Shown here piece by piece: positions 13,077-27,156 of a stretch of DNA of 64,000 bases; the stretch's first letter is position 1; every line of letters begins with the position of its first letter. The translations under genes were made by a program, and so were the position numbers. Under the pieces are notes generated by a model that did not search any database, was not told the DNA's origin, and saw nothing but the letters and a program-made list of their open reading frames with translations. Source of the DNA: Eledone cirrhosa (Eukaryota); NCBI GenBank assembly GCA_964016885.1, contig OZ024743.1, forward strand, positions 27,528,001-27,592,000, written 5' to 3'.

Positions 13077-13844
13077 TAGAAGAATATTAAAAACTCTGAA
13101 AATAGCCTTTTGACTCCACACTTTGTCATTGGTTCACACAAGATGTCTTAAAAGTGGGTCAATAGAAATACATTTGATTTAACATATTACGGATAATATT
13201 TAACATTGAATTCAGTATTATTCTGCAATATACTGAAATCACTTATGATATATAGGAGACAGACGGCACCATGTGGCTCAAACACTAAATAGATTGAATA
13301 CATAAATTTGCATATAAGAATAGGAGAATGATTAATATGAAGCATATAGATTTCATGAAGGATTTGGTGATGTCTGCTTACGAGAAGCATATGTTCCTTA
13401 TATGATTGTAAGCTATATTCTTCATTTGTCAGCAGTTTTGTGGCAGGTGCATTTTGCTATGCAAAAATACGAAATATAATGACTGAATAATCGTTGCCAA
13501 TTAAGGAATAAAACAGAAATCTATAATGTTCTATTTATTTAGGTAGAACAGTCAGCAATATATCAATGAAAAGACAACATTTTTCCGAAGAGGTGAACGG
13601 TTTTATACGAACATTTAATAAATCAATTTGTGGCACTTTTACATTAGCTATTGTAGAAAATGCTTTACCAAACATGGACAAATTCAATCAATGATCTAGT
13701 CACTTGAATAATAGGATAAATATCCCAGACAAAACGAGCTTTACTTCACCTCAAAACGAAAAAAAAGTTTATAATCAAGAGAAAAATAAAAAAATAAATA
13801 TAATGTAGTATAAAACAATAAGATATATTATATGAAATGATGAT

Positions 13845-14160
13845 GATAATAATAATAATAATTGTTTCTACTTTTGGCACAAGGCCAGCAATTACCCAGT
13901 AATTGGTACTTTATTTTATCGACCTCGTAAGGATGAAAGGCAAAGTTAACCTCGGCGGGATTTGAACTCAGATCGTAAACGGACGTAACTATACTGGAAA
14001 GCATGGCCGACCCTCTACCAATTCTGCCACTCCACCGCCTATTTGAACTCGTAAGGATGAAAGGAAAAGTTAACCTCGGCGGGATTTGAACTCAGAATGG
14101 AAAGGGTCGTAATTCTATGCGTCAAAGCATGACGTCCGACCCTCTACCGATACTGCCAAA
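13845..14160 (-). mobile_element. OK-like SINE plus a partial second copy
   Basis: Same core and B-box motifs as the other copies. Confidence 0.85.
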
Positions 14161-14175
14161 TAATATTAATACTAA

Positions 14176-15736
14176 TAATGCTGAAACAATCATAAAGGAA
14201 CTTGAGCAGGAACAAACCTATAAATACTTAGGGATTAATGATGGCTCTGGCATACAGTATGCAAGTATGAAAGAGAGGATACGGAAAGAATGTTTCAGGA
14301 GAGTACGTGCAGTTCTGAGATCAGAACTAAACCCTCGTAACAAGGTGCTAGCCATAAATTCCTTGGCAGTCCCAGTTGTCACTTATAGCTTCGGTGTGTT
14401 GAACTGGAATATGAGTTAAATCAAAAGAATCGACACCAAAGTCCGTAAGCTACTGACCTGTAATAGGATGCACCACCCAAAAGCAGATGTGGATCGTCTT
14501 TACCTTCCTAGAACTTAGGGAGGCCGTGGTCTGATACAATTTGAACTTGCTTACAAGACCGCCATCATTGGACTGGCCAAATACCTTGAAACAACTAACG
14601 ACTGTATGCTGAAACTTGTTAAAAAGCATCAGAGAAGTAAGAAGCTTCATTCTATCTTGAAGGAGAGCAAAAAATATGCTACTGATCTCATGCTTGATAC
14701 CCAGGCTGGATACTAAAGAAACTGATGCAACTGATGCTGCTAGGCACATAAAAATCACTGGCAAAAGCAAAAGGGCAAGGACAATTAGCATCAAATTGGG
14801 AGCAGAAACCTCTGCATGGCAAATATGTGGCCCGTAGCAAACAGGCTGATGTTGACCAAAAGCACACCCATCTGTGGCTACGTAGTTCAGAGCTAAAGGC
14901 GGAGAGTGAAGGCTTCATGTTAGCTGCCCAAGATCAAAGCTTATTGACTCGTAATTACCAGCCCAATGTGATGAGAAACGGAATAAACCCAAAGTGCCGA
15001 TTCTGCAATGCTGGGGTTGAAACAGTGGATCACTTAGTCTCTGGATGTAAAGTTTTAGCACCAGTAGAATACAAATATAGATATGATGACAGAGTTGGCC
15101 AATATCTACACTGGGTAATATGTCGGCATTACAAAATCAAAGCTAAAGACAAGTGGTACAATCATCACGCTGAGGCTGTAACTGAAGGAGAAGAAGTAAC
15201 AATTCTCTGGGACTTTCCTGTACATACTAACAGGACCATAAAAGTAAATAGACCTGACATCATTATAAAAGATCAACATAACAAGGTCTGTTTGTTGATA
15301 GATATGAGCATCCCATGTGATCACAAATAAGTTTGACAAGCTACGAAAATATAAAGATCTGCTTATTGAAATTGAGAAAATTTGGCACCTCAAGGCCGTT
15401 ACAATACCAGTGATTGTGGGAGGACTGGGTATAATCAAGAAAGGAACAGAACAATATTTGCGAATGATTCCTGGTTTTCCCTCTCTGCACGAGGTGCAAA
15501 AAATTGTTTTGACTGGTACTGCACACGTATTGAGAAGAGCACTATCTCTGTAAGATGGATACCCCTCCTTGTATTTACATATGTATATGCACATGAGTAT
15601 ATACGTATACTGATTTTTTTTGTTTCTTTTTCATAATCAATGTGCTGTATTAACTGGCTTACCAATGCACACTGTGAATGTATTTGCCCTAGGTGTCGGG
15701 AAGACACTCGGCATATATCTCAGAAACAATAATAAT
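14176..15736 (+). mobile_element. 5'-truncated, degraded R4/Dong-clade LINE
   Basis: YKYLG, MHHPKADVDRLY, CRFC..HLVSGC, RPDIII and KLRKY, with stops and frameshifts; ends in (TAA)n. Confidence 0.9.
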
Positions 15737-15924
15737 TGTTTCTACTTTTGGCACAAGGCCAGCAATTATCCCAGTGTATTACTGGTGCTTTATTTTATCG
15801 ACCCCGTAAGGATGAAAGGCAAAGTTTACCTCGACGTTATTTGAACTCAGACCGTAAAAGGACGTATCTCTTTGCTGCAAAGCATGGCGTCCGACCCTCT
15901 ACCAATACTTCCAATCCACCGCCC
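15737..15924 (-). mobile_element. OK-like SINE with a 19-bp target-site duplication
   Basis: tctcagaaacaataataat at 15718-15736 and 15925-15943. Confidence 0.88.
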
Positions 15925-15934
15925 TCTCAGAAAC

Positions 15935-15990
<56 letters not shown>

Positions 15991-16177
15991 GGACCTCCCG
16001 GGTGACCAAGCGAGCCGAAATTATCCATAACACGTCGTTGCTGGTACGAGCGGCGTTGTTTCTTTGTTTTTGTATCAAGTGGCGCTCTCTAAGGTCGGGG
16101 AGTCGCCCAACTGTTGGCCCGGCCATACCAGGTCCGCTCCCGCCCGAAATTCCGCTTATTGGGCTGGCGCGGGCCAC

Positions 16178-16180
16178 ATA

Positions 16181-16216
<36 letters not shown>

Positions 16217-16226
16217 TATACATATA

Positions 16227-16262
<36 letters not shown>

Positions 16263-16268
16263 TATACA

Positions 16269-16301
<33 letters not shown>
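16178..16301. repeat. (TATG)n/(TA)n microsatellite
   Basis: Seen directly. Confidence 0.97.
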
Positions 16302-17660
16302 AGGAAATTGACTCTGAGGAAGGATACAAGTATTTGGGCGTTCTGGAGGCTGATGGCATAAAGAACAAAAAAATGAAGGAATTGTTAAGAACTGAATACA
16401 TTCGGAGAGTAAGGAGCGTATTGAAGTCACATCTGAACAGCAGAAATGCCATAAGCGCAGTAAATTCCCGAGCTGTGTCTATTATTAGGTACAGTGCGGG
16501 AATTCTGAGATGGAATGTTGCTGAACAAAAAGAAATGGATAGGAAGACTAGGAAGCTATTGACTATCTACAACATGTTCCACAAGAGGAGTGATGTCGAT
16601 AGACTCTACCTAAGGAGATCTGAGGGTGGAAGAGGTCTTATCAGCATAGAGGACTGTGTTCAGATGGAGAAAAACAACCTATACAAATACGTGACCTATA
16701 GTAAGGAGCCAATGCTCAGAGCTGTACTGAAGGAGGGGACAGTAGGCCAGGGGATACCCAAGGAGGAAATAACATCAAGGAGGAAGAGCAGCCTTAAGGG
16801 AAAATCCCTTCATAGTACCTTCTTTGAGAAAACTGAATTTAGAGATCCACAGACATGGAACTGGTTGAGAAGAGGAGACCTCAAAAAGGCTACAGAAGGA
16901 ATGCTAATGGCTGCGCAGGAGCAGGCCCTCAAAACGAAGTGGTTGAAGCACCATATCTACAAGGAGGAGGCTAGCCCACTGTGCAGGATCTGTGGAGAGA
17001 GAGAGGAGACTGTGGCTCACATTGTGTCCGAGTGTAAACACCTAGCCCAGACCCACTATAAGGGCTGGAGACACGATGTGATGGGCAGGGTGATCCACTG
17101 GCACCTGTGCAAAGTAAACAATCTACCACATTCTGAGAAATGGTATGAGCATAGGCCAGAGGCGGTGATGGAGAACAATCAGGTGAAGGTGCTGTGGGAT
17201 TTTAGGATACAGACGGACAAAAAACTGGAACACAATAGACCTGACCTGGTGGTTGTGGACAAAGAAAAAAGATCGTGCCTGATTGTGGATGTGGCCTGCC
17301 CGTTCGACACGAGAGTGCAAGAGAAGGAGAGGGAGAAAATTAACCGATACCAGGACCTAAAGTGGGAGGTGAAAAGGATTTGGAACTGCCATGAAGTCAA
17401 AGTGATCCCGATTGTCATAGGCGCACTGGGGACTATCTCCAAAGGTTTCCAGGGATGGTTAAAGAAAATCGGCCCCTTCACGCTTTTTGGAACGCTTCAA
17501 AAGGCATGCTTGCTTGGAACGGCAAGAACCCTCCGATACGTCCTGAATATCTGAGGCTGCAGGTAGTGGCTTGATATTCAATCCAACGGACTTTCCAGTT
17601 AACCAACATCAATGACTGAGATTCAAGGAATAACAATAACAATAATAATAATAATAATAA
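16302..17660 (+). mobile_element. 5'-truncated R4/Dong-clade LINE (second family), uninterrupted ORF remnant 16334..17554
   Basis: GYKYLG, CRIC..HIVSEC, RHD, RPDLVV..D..KINRY (RLE endonuclease); (TAA)n tail. Confidence 0.92.
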
Positions 17661-17837
17661 TTGTTTCTACTTTAGGTACAAGGCCAGCAATTAACCAGTG
17701 CATTACTGGTACTTTTATTTTATCGACCCCGTAAGGATGAAAGGCAAAGTCAACCTCGGCGGGATTTGAACCCAGATCGTAACTATGCTGGAAAGCATGG
17801 CGTCCGACCCTCTACCGATACTGCCAATCCACTGCCC

Positions 17838-17840
<3 letters not shown>
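17661..17840 (-). mobile_element. OK-like SINE inside (TAA)n
   Basis: Same SINE core, with TAA repeats on both sides. Confidence 0.85.
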
Positions 17841-17889
<49 letters not shown>

Positions 17890-17890
<1 letters not shown>

Positions 17891-18690
17891 CCATTATGCC
17901 AACAAAAAATGACCAAGCCAACATAATAAAAAATGGATGCAACCCATTATGTCGTGTATGTAAAAAACAACAAGAGACCATTGATCATATAATTTCAATG
18001 TGCAGTCCTATAGCTCCAACCGAATACCTAAACAGGTATGACAGAGCTGCACAATACATACATTGGATAATGTGTAAGCATTTTGACCTGCCCCATCAAA
18101 GGAATTGGTGCGAGCATCAACCACCTCCCATACTTGAAAAAGATCACATGTCAATCTTGTGGAACTTTAGCATCTAAACAGACCGAAACATAGATGCAAA
18201 TAGACCTGATATAATACTGAAGGACTTAAAAAGATTGTATGCCTGCTAATTGATATGCCCGTTTCAATAGACAAGAATGTATCTATAAAAACATTTCAAA
18301 AATTGAGCAAGTATAAGGACCTGGAGATAAAAATTGGAAAAATGTGGAAATTGAGAACTAAAACAATACCAGTGGTTGTAGGCGCTCTGGGGAATGATAT
18401 CTAAGGGGTCTAATGATTACTTATCGCAGATCCCAGGAAACCCGCGTATAGAAGAAATACAAAAGATAGTACTAATGGGAACTGCCCATATACTAAGGAG
18501 GATTATGTCAATATAAGTACATCACAAGTCTAAACACCTAAAGATGTATGTGTGTGTATGTATGTTCTTTCTTGAACATGGCGGACCGTGTTGTCTCTTG
18601 AGGTCACTGGTTGTGATTTGGTGATAACTCGTATGAACATAAAGCAAGATAAATGCAACTGTAATAATAATAACGATGATAATAATAATA
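17890..18690 (+). mobile_element. 3' fragment of the same Dong family as 19580-23579
   Basis: Highly similar to about 22805-23579 including the 3' UTR, with stops and frameshifts. Confidence 0.92.
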
Positions 18691-19579
18691 GAAATTGCTC
18701 CCGTAAGTTTTTTGATTTTTAACATATTTAAATCAATTGTGAAAGAACAATTCTTAGCACAAATGTTGCATAAAGGCACCGAATGAGGTCCCATAAAGTT
18801 TCGGATCCATATTATATTGTTGTATCGCTCAAATATTCAATTTTGTATTATATATTTTGTATTCAAAAAAAGAAAATGGTTATAAATGGAACAAAACACC
18901 CTCTGTCTACACTATATAGAACAGCGGCAATTTCAATTTCACCAACACCAGAAACTTGATACACTACCTATCCCATCACACTAAATATAACGGCAACTTC
19001 ACCGGCATCATAATAATAATTACTATTATTATTGTCTCAAATTTAAAAAAATGTCTCAAATTTAAAAAAATGTTTAATTCAAATTTTACGGGAATATGCC
19101 AACACAAAATATAATGAAAATATATATTAAACATACGAACACAAACTCATAGATACTATATCAGTAACCACAACACCACCGCTGCCACCACCCCACCACA
19201 TCCATCATCGCCGCCACCACTCATTCAATGCTACTGACACTATTCCCCTGTTAACTTGAGAGAGAAAAGGGAAGGTGGTGGTAGCACTAGACAAGAGAGA
19301 GGCTAGCAAAAGATATAAATAGATTGACTTGGTGACCTTGCCACGGACAAACGTCTACATCAACAATTATGGGACTGCTGGCTCACCCCTTCCTCACCAA
19401 CAATATAAAAAGCCCCGGCACCACCACCGACATAGCCAGCAGCAATAACAGCCAACTACAACAAAAAGTATATTATATTATTGTAATGCACTGGGTGATT
19501 GCTGGCCTGGAGTGGAGACAATTATTAATAATTTCATTCTTAAGCCACGCAATGCTCACATTAAGGAACCACTCATGAT

Positions 19580-22500
19580 AATAACAATTTAAAAAAAACA
19601 ACAAAAAGAAAACCCCGTGACCAAGAAATACCGGGATGGCGGCCGGCGGGGAATAGCCATGTCTCTAGGGGAGAACGACCCCTCTAGTCTTGGTTGACAC
19701 TCGTTCTAGAAGTGGTAACACGAAAAGATTACCCCTTGGCGGATAAGGATAAAACGCGACAAAATAAAGTAGATGTCTAATGATGAAATCTCATACCGGA
19801 TCGGCCGTCACCCGGGTAAAAAAGGGCCGCGTCCCTCAGAGAGGAACCAGACTGGGGTCGAAAAATCAGCTAATGGTTCAAACCTTCCCATCACTTCGGA
19901 GCTGGAGACCTCCCATAACCGGAATACTCCTACTGTTGGCCCTCCATGCTCACCACCAAGAAATCCAAAGAAAAAGAGAGAAAAATGGTCAAGGGAAGAT
20001 AATAAAGAAGTCCTTGAGGCTTTCTACACTGCCATGTACTACCCATCAAATACATCGAATACAGAGCAAACATATATCAACTGGAAAAAGAAACATCCCG
20101 AAAACAGAGGCTATATTGACAGTAACAAACTAGCCAATATACGAAGAAATATTGTAAGAAAAAAGTTACTAACTGATATAGAAATTGATCAGATCAAGCT
20201 AGTAGCACAAAGTCAGCGAAGGGAAAATGAAGCATGTGTCAGTGAAAACGAGGTAAACTGTAACACTTCGAATCCCAGAGCTGGGGCGGAATCACTGGCA
20301 ACAGAACAAATTAAAGAAAGGAGCGAAAAAGTGGAGGGAGTGCATGCTCAAGATGAAACTCCAAATGAAAATAATGAGATCGTAAATGATAAAGAAATGA
20401 ATGAGAATGAACTTGCCAACTTGAAGGATGAAATTATGATCGAATGGATGAAAATGAAAGAATCTGACATGGGGAAACGAGACACCCTCCCTAAGATCCA
20501 GAACTCCAAACAGAACCAAAAGATAATACACAAGACTAACATAATTCTCAAAAACATTATCATCACAAACAAAATAAGCATTACTGACTTAAATCATCTC
20601 TATTATGCATCGGCTAAAGTCACCACTCACTTATGTGGAGTGAAGATGAAAAAACAAAGGAATTCCCACAAGAAATCTACTTGGCAAGATAACATCAATC
20701 GCCAAATAAACCTTCTCCGATCTGACATAGAAATTTTAACAAACTATAAAGTAGGTGAACATGTTAAACAAACTAAACTTAGAAAATTGAAAAAAAAGTA
20801 CAGTATAAGATCAACATGTGACATAGACATGCTGATAGAAACAATCAAGCAAAAAGTGTCGGCCAAAGCTGCTCGTATAAGGCGCTTTGAAAAACGATCT
20901 AGATTCTATAAGGACAATAATATGTTCAAAAACAACCAAAGAAACTTCTACAGAAAAATTGGTAAGTCAACAATAACTGCTAAATCAATACCACCCAAGG
21001 AGGAAGTGCAAGAATTCTGGGAAAAGATCTGGGCCGAAGAAAAAGTTCATAACATACATGCCCCATGGATAGACAGACAAATGAATGATACAGCTCACCT
21101 TGAGGAACAAATATGGGAAAATATAACAGTTGAACAGCTGCGCTTGGCTCTAAGAAAAACCAGCAAATGGAAATCCCCAGGAAAAGACAAAATACAAAAC
21201 TTTTGGATAAATGCCTTCACAGAGTCTCATGAGCTGTTAGCCCAACTTTACAATGAAATAGTTAAGGAGCCAGAAAAGATACCATCATGGCTAGTTAACA
21301 GCATTACATTCCTGCTACCGAAGAATGATGAGACAAACAATCCCAAAAATTACAGACCGATAACCTGCTTGACCACAATGTATAAAATTTTAACATCAGT
21401 CCTAACTGAATACACATATGACCACCTGATAACAAATGACCTATTTCCCATTGAGCAGAAAGGGTGTAAACGAGGCTCATATGGCTGTAAGGATCAGCTT
21501 CTGGTTAACAAAATGATACTGGAAGATTGTCATAATAGACACAAAAATCTATCGATTGCTTGGATAGATTATAAAAAAGCATTTGATAGTTTGCCACACA
21601 GTTGGATTGAAAAATGTTTAGAGATTTTCAAAATATCCCCCGTTATCAGGAGGTTTTTGTCATTCAGTATGAGGACATGGAGAACGACACTCCTTTTGAA
21701 TAGTGAAACAAAATCACTGGAAGCTGGAGAAGTTAACATTAATTGTGGAATTTTTCAGGGTGACTCTTTATCACCGCTTTTATTCTGCATCGCACTTATA
21801 CCATTAAGTAAAATGCTCAATGAAACAAAACATGGATATAGAGTCTATGACAAAACCATTAATCACCTGTTCTACATGGATGACCTGAAACTATTTGCAA
21901 AAAATGATGAACAATTGCAAGGGCTATTATCCACTGTGAAGCAGTTCAGTGATGACATTAAAATGGAGTTTGGACTGGATAAATGCGCCAAAGCAACGTT
22001 CACCAGAGGAAAGCTGCTGAAGAGTTCAGACATTAATCTTGATCGGGGGAACGTGATAAGAGAGCTTGATCAAGAACAAACTTACAAATATCTAGGTGTT
22101 TGTGAAGGAGACGGAATCAAGCACTCGACAATGAGGGAAAGGATAAGGAAGGAATGTTACCGCAGAGTCAGAGCAATCTTAAGAACGGAATTGAATGCAA
22201 GGAATAGGATCGATGCCATAAACACGCTTGCCATACCAGTAGTAACCTACAGTTACAATGTCATCAACTGGTCAAGCACAGAGATCCGTAGGCTCGATAC
22301 AAAAATCCGAAAATTCTTAACCATGCACAGAATGCATCACCCTAAGGCAGACATAGATAGAATATATCTCCCTAGGAAAGAAGGAGGACGTGGGTTAATC
22401 CAGTTAGACATTGCGTTGAAAACTGCAACAATTGGATTATCCACATATCTAAGGGAATCACATGATTGGATGATCAAACTCGTTTTGAAACACGAAAGCA

Positions 22501-23579
22501 CCAAAAGATCATATTCCATTACAAAAGATGCACAAAGATACAGTAATGGACTACAAATTTCAGAAGTCCCATTTACTGCTGAAATGGAAAACACAGAAAA
22601 AGCAAAGCAGGTAAAAGTAACTGCAAAGAAAGAACTGCTACAGAAACTGGCTAAGAAATGGCAAGAAAAGCCTCTGTATGGAAAATACCCAGAGCGAGCT
22701 AACAATCCTGATGTTGACAAAACTTTAACCCATCAGTGGTTGGCATCCTCTGGACTGAAATCGGAGACTGAAGGACTGATTATATCCGCACAAGATCAGT
22801 GTCTGCCAACAAAAAATTACCAAGCCAACATAATAAAAAATGGGTGCAGCCCATTATGCCGTGTATGCAAAAAACAACCAGAGACCATTGACCATATAAT
22901 TTTAATGTGCAGTCCTATAGCTCCAACCGAATACCTAAACAGGCATGACAGAGCTGCACAATACATACATTGGATAATGTGCAAGCATTTTGACCTGCCC
23001 CATCAAAAGAATTGGTGGGAGCATCAACCACCTCCCATACTTGAAAAAGATCACATCTCAATCTTGTGGAACTTTAGCATCCAAACAGACCGAAAAATAG
23101 ATGCAAATAGACCTGATATAATATTGAAGGACTTTCAAAGGAGGGTATGCCTGCTAATTGATATGTCTGTTCCAATAGACAAGAATGTATCTATAAAAAC
23201 ATTTGAAAAATTGAGCAAGTATAAGGACCTGGAGATAGAAATTGGAAAAATGTGGAAATTGAGAACTAAAACAATACCAGTGGTTGTAGGCGCTCTGGGA
23301 ATGATACCTAAGGGGTCTAACGACTACTTATCGCAAATCCCAGGAAACCCGCGTATAGGAGAAATACAAAAGATAGTACTAATGGGAACTGCCCATATAC
23401 TAAGGAAGATCCTGTCAATATAAGTACATCACAAGTCTAAACACTAAGGATGCATGTGTGAATATGTGTGTTCTTTCTTGAACATGGCGGACCTTGTTGT
23501 CTCTTGAGGTCACTGGTTGTGACTTGGTGATAACTCGTATAAACATAAAGCAAGATAAATGCAAATAATAATAATAATA
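19580..23579 (+). mobile_element. Apparently full-length R4/Dong-clade non-LTR retrotransposon
   Basis: Structured GC-rich 5' UTR, single long ORF, short 3' UTR ending in (TAA)n. Confidence 0.93.
19773..23423 (+). CDS. Reverse transcriptase + CCHC zinc knuckle + restriction-like (PD-D/ExK) endonuclease polyprotein, 1216 aa
   Basis: KSPGKD, NYRPITCL, IDYKKAFDS, GIFQGDSLSP, YMDD, YKYLG, CRVC..HIILMC, RHD, RPDII..D..KLSKY; no APE domain. Confidence 0.95.
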   Translation: MSNDEISYRIGRHPGKKGPRPSERNQTGVEKSANGSNLPITSELETSHNRNTPTVGPPCSPPRNPKKKREKWSREDNKEVLEAFYTAMYYPSNTSNTEQTYINWKKKHPENRGYIDSNKLANIRRNIVRKKLLTDIEIDQIKLVAQSQRRENEACVSENEVNCNTSNPRAGAESLATEQIKERSEKVEGVHAQDETPNENNEIVNDKEMNENELANLKDEIMIEWMKMKESDMGKRDTLPKIQNSKQNQKIIHKTNIILKNIIITNKISITDLNHLYYASAKVTTHLCGVKMKKQRNSHKKSTWQDNINRQINLLRSDIEILTNYKVGEHVKQTKLRKLKKKYSIRSTCDIDMLIETIKQKVSAKAARIRRFEKRSRFYKDNNMFKNNQRNFYRKIGKSTITAKSIPPKEEVQEFWEKIWAEEKVHNIHAPWIDRQMNDTAHLEEQIWENITVEQLRLALRKTSKWKSPGKDKIQNFWINAFTESHELLAQLYNEIVKEPEKIPSWLVNSITFLLPKNDETNNPKNYRPITCLTTMYKILTSVLTEYTYDHLITNDLFPIEQKGCKRGSYGCKDQLLVNKMILEDCHNRHKNLSIAWIDYKKAFDSLPHSWIEKCLEIFKISPVIRRFLSFSMRTWRTTLLLNSETKSLEAGEVNINCGIFQGDSLSPLLFCIALIPLSKMLNETKHGYRVYDKTINHLFYMDDLKLFAKNDEQLQGLLSTVKQFSDDIKMEFGLDKCAKATFTRGKLLKSSDINLDRGNVIRELDQEQTYKYLGVCEGDGIKHSTMRERIRKECYRRVRAILRTELNARNRIDAINTLAIPVVTYSYNVINWSSTEIRRLDTKIRKFLTMHRMHHPKADIDRIYLPRKEGGRGLIQLDIALKTATIGLSTYLRESHDWMIKLVLKHESTKRSYSITKDAQRYSNGLQISEVPFTAEMENTEKAKQVKVTAKKELLQKLAKKWQEKPLYGKYPERANNPDVDKTLTHQWLASSGLKSETEGLIISAQDQCLPTKNYQANIIKNGCSPLCRVCKKQPETIDHIILMCSPIAPTEYLNRHDRAAQYIHWIMCKHFDLPHQKNWWEHQPPPILEKDHISILWNFSIQTDRKIDANRPDIILKDFQRRVCLLIDMSVPIDKNVSIKTFEKLSKYKDLEIEIGKMWKLRTKTIPVVVGALGMIPKGSNDYLSQIPGNPRIGEIQKIVLMGTAHILRKILSI

Positions 23580-23581
23580 GT

Positions 23582-25556
<1,975 letters not shown>

Positions 25557-27150
25557 CCACGCCACGACTTTACCATTTAACAAACGCACGCAATTGCCGT
25601 CGCAGGTCGATGAACAAACAGAAGCACAATTTAGTATAGCTAGATCCGAACTTAGAAATATTATAGAACAGTATAGCAAGAAGCATAATAGAATGGAGGC
25701 CCAGCAACTGGGAGAAAAATCTGCAAATGGCTTGCGTAAGCTCATGCAGCGCTCGCGTAATGGAGAGATAGCATGCTTTCCAACAGACAAGTCTGGCTGA
25801 ATGTCGGTTGACAGCCTGCCAAACGACATCCAGGCAATGCAACCCCACATCACTAACACAAGAGAGGTAACACCACAGGAGCATGAGGATAGAGAAAAAG
25901 CCCTCAATGCCCATATGGTGATGTGGACGAATATAATGCAGCCCAACAAAAGGACTGCCAACAACTTCCAGGCCTGGAACAATGACGTGCCGGCGTTGTA
26001 TGGGCTTCGAAAAGACCATAAAACGGGCAGTGACCCTGTCACGGGACCACCAACACGGCCAGTCTGTGGAGCTAACATTGTTAGTAACTACAGACTGTCC
26101 TACTTCCCTGATCATACGCCCCATCATTGAAATGTCCCCAGATGTATGTGACAGCACGGAGGATCGGCAAATCGGCGAATCGGCGAAGGTAACCGATCTA
26201 GGGACCTAACAAACTGCATAATAGGTAGTATGGATGTTGTCTCCCTGTATCCATCTATTGACGTGGATTTTGCTGTGGAGAAATGCGTAGAAATGATAAT
26301 TGAGAGCAATGTTGAGTTCCGTGGGATTGATACCAGTGAACTGGGACTCCTACTTAAACTTACCTATAGTAATAATTACCTAGACACATATGGCCTTAGC
26401 AACCTGTGCCCTACAAGACCAGCAAGAGGCAGACCACCTACCATTATCTCAATGGCCAAGAAAACCCACACAGATAGATGGAACGGGTGGACCAGAGCCA
26501 TACGGACACCCGAAAACCACGATGAACTGAAGAAAATGATTTCACATGCGGTGGGGGCCAGCATAAAACTAACCCTTAAGGAACATATGTTCAAATTTAA
26601 TGGAAAAACATATGTTCAAATTTAATGGAAAAACATATGCCCAAGAGGAAGGAGCAGCCATTGGTGTTAGCATTGCAGGCGACATAGCTAGCTTATTCAT
26701 GGTATGGTGGGACAGTAGACTTAAACTTAAACTTAAAGAACACCCTGATAATGTACTCCCGCTACGTTGATGATATAAACATCGTAGTTAAGACACCCCC
26801 ACTAGAGAACAGTCAGGAACTAGAGAAAAACACAATGGAAAGCATCCAACAAATAGCTAACTCCATCCACCAGAGCATTAGTGTTACTATAGACTACCCA
26901 AGTAAACACCCCAACCATCGATTACCTGTACTAGACACAGAGCTCTGGTTAGATACCATTAATAACAAAAAACAAATCCTCCATTCCCATTATGTCAAAC
27001 CCATGACTTCCAAACATCTGATCCACCGAAACTCGGCTGTTTCGGACCATACCAAAATCAACATACTGATTGCGGATTTGGTACGGGTGATGAGAAACGT
27101 GTCCCGCATGTGCAACCCCGAAGAACTAGAGAGACACATACAACACTTCA
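25557..27150 (+). mobile_element. Degraded PLE RT region (Naiad-like, related to 38067-39795)
   Basis: PTDKSG, LYGLRKDHK..TRPVCGA, GSMDVVSLYPSI, GAAIGVSIAGD, YSRYVDD, LPVLD; multiple frameshifts, including a ~25-bp duplication at 26584-26638. Confidence 0.88.
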
Positions 27151-27156
27151 TCTATC

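Noticed and set aside
14176-16334. Two Dong copies both 5'-truncated just before YKYLG
   Set aside because: Only two cases, so chance cannot be excluded.
25798-25800. In-frame TGA in a Naiad-like PLE as possible selenocysteine
   Set aside because: It falls at TDKSG(R), so it is best explained as CGA>TGA decay. The element has many other lesions, and the break at 38539 is a frameshift/TAA. No SECIS was recognised.
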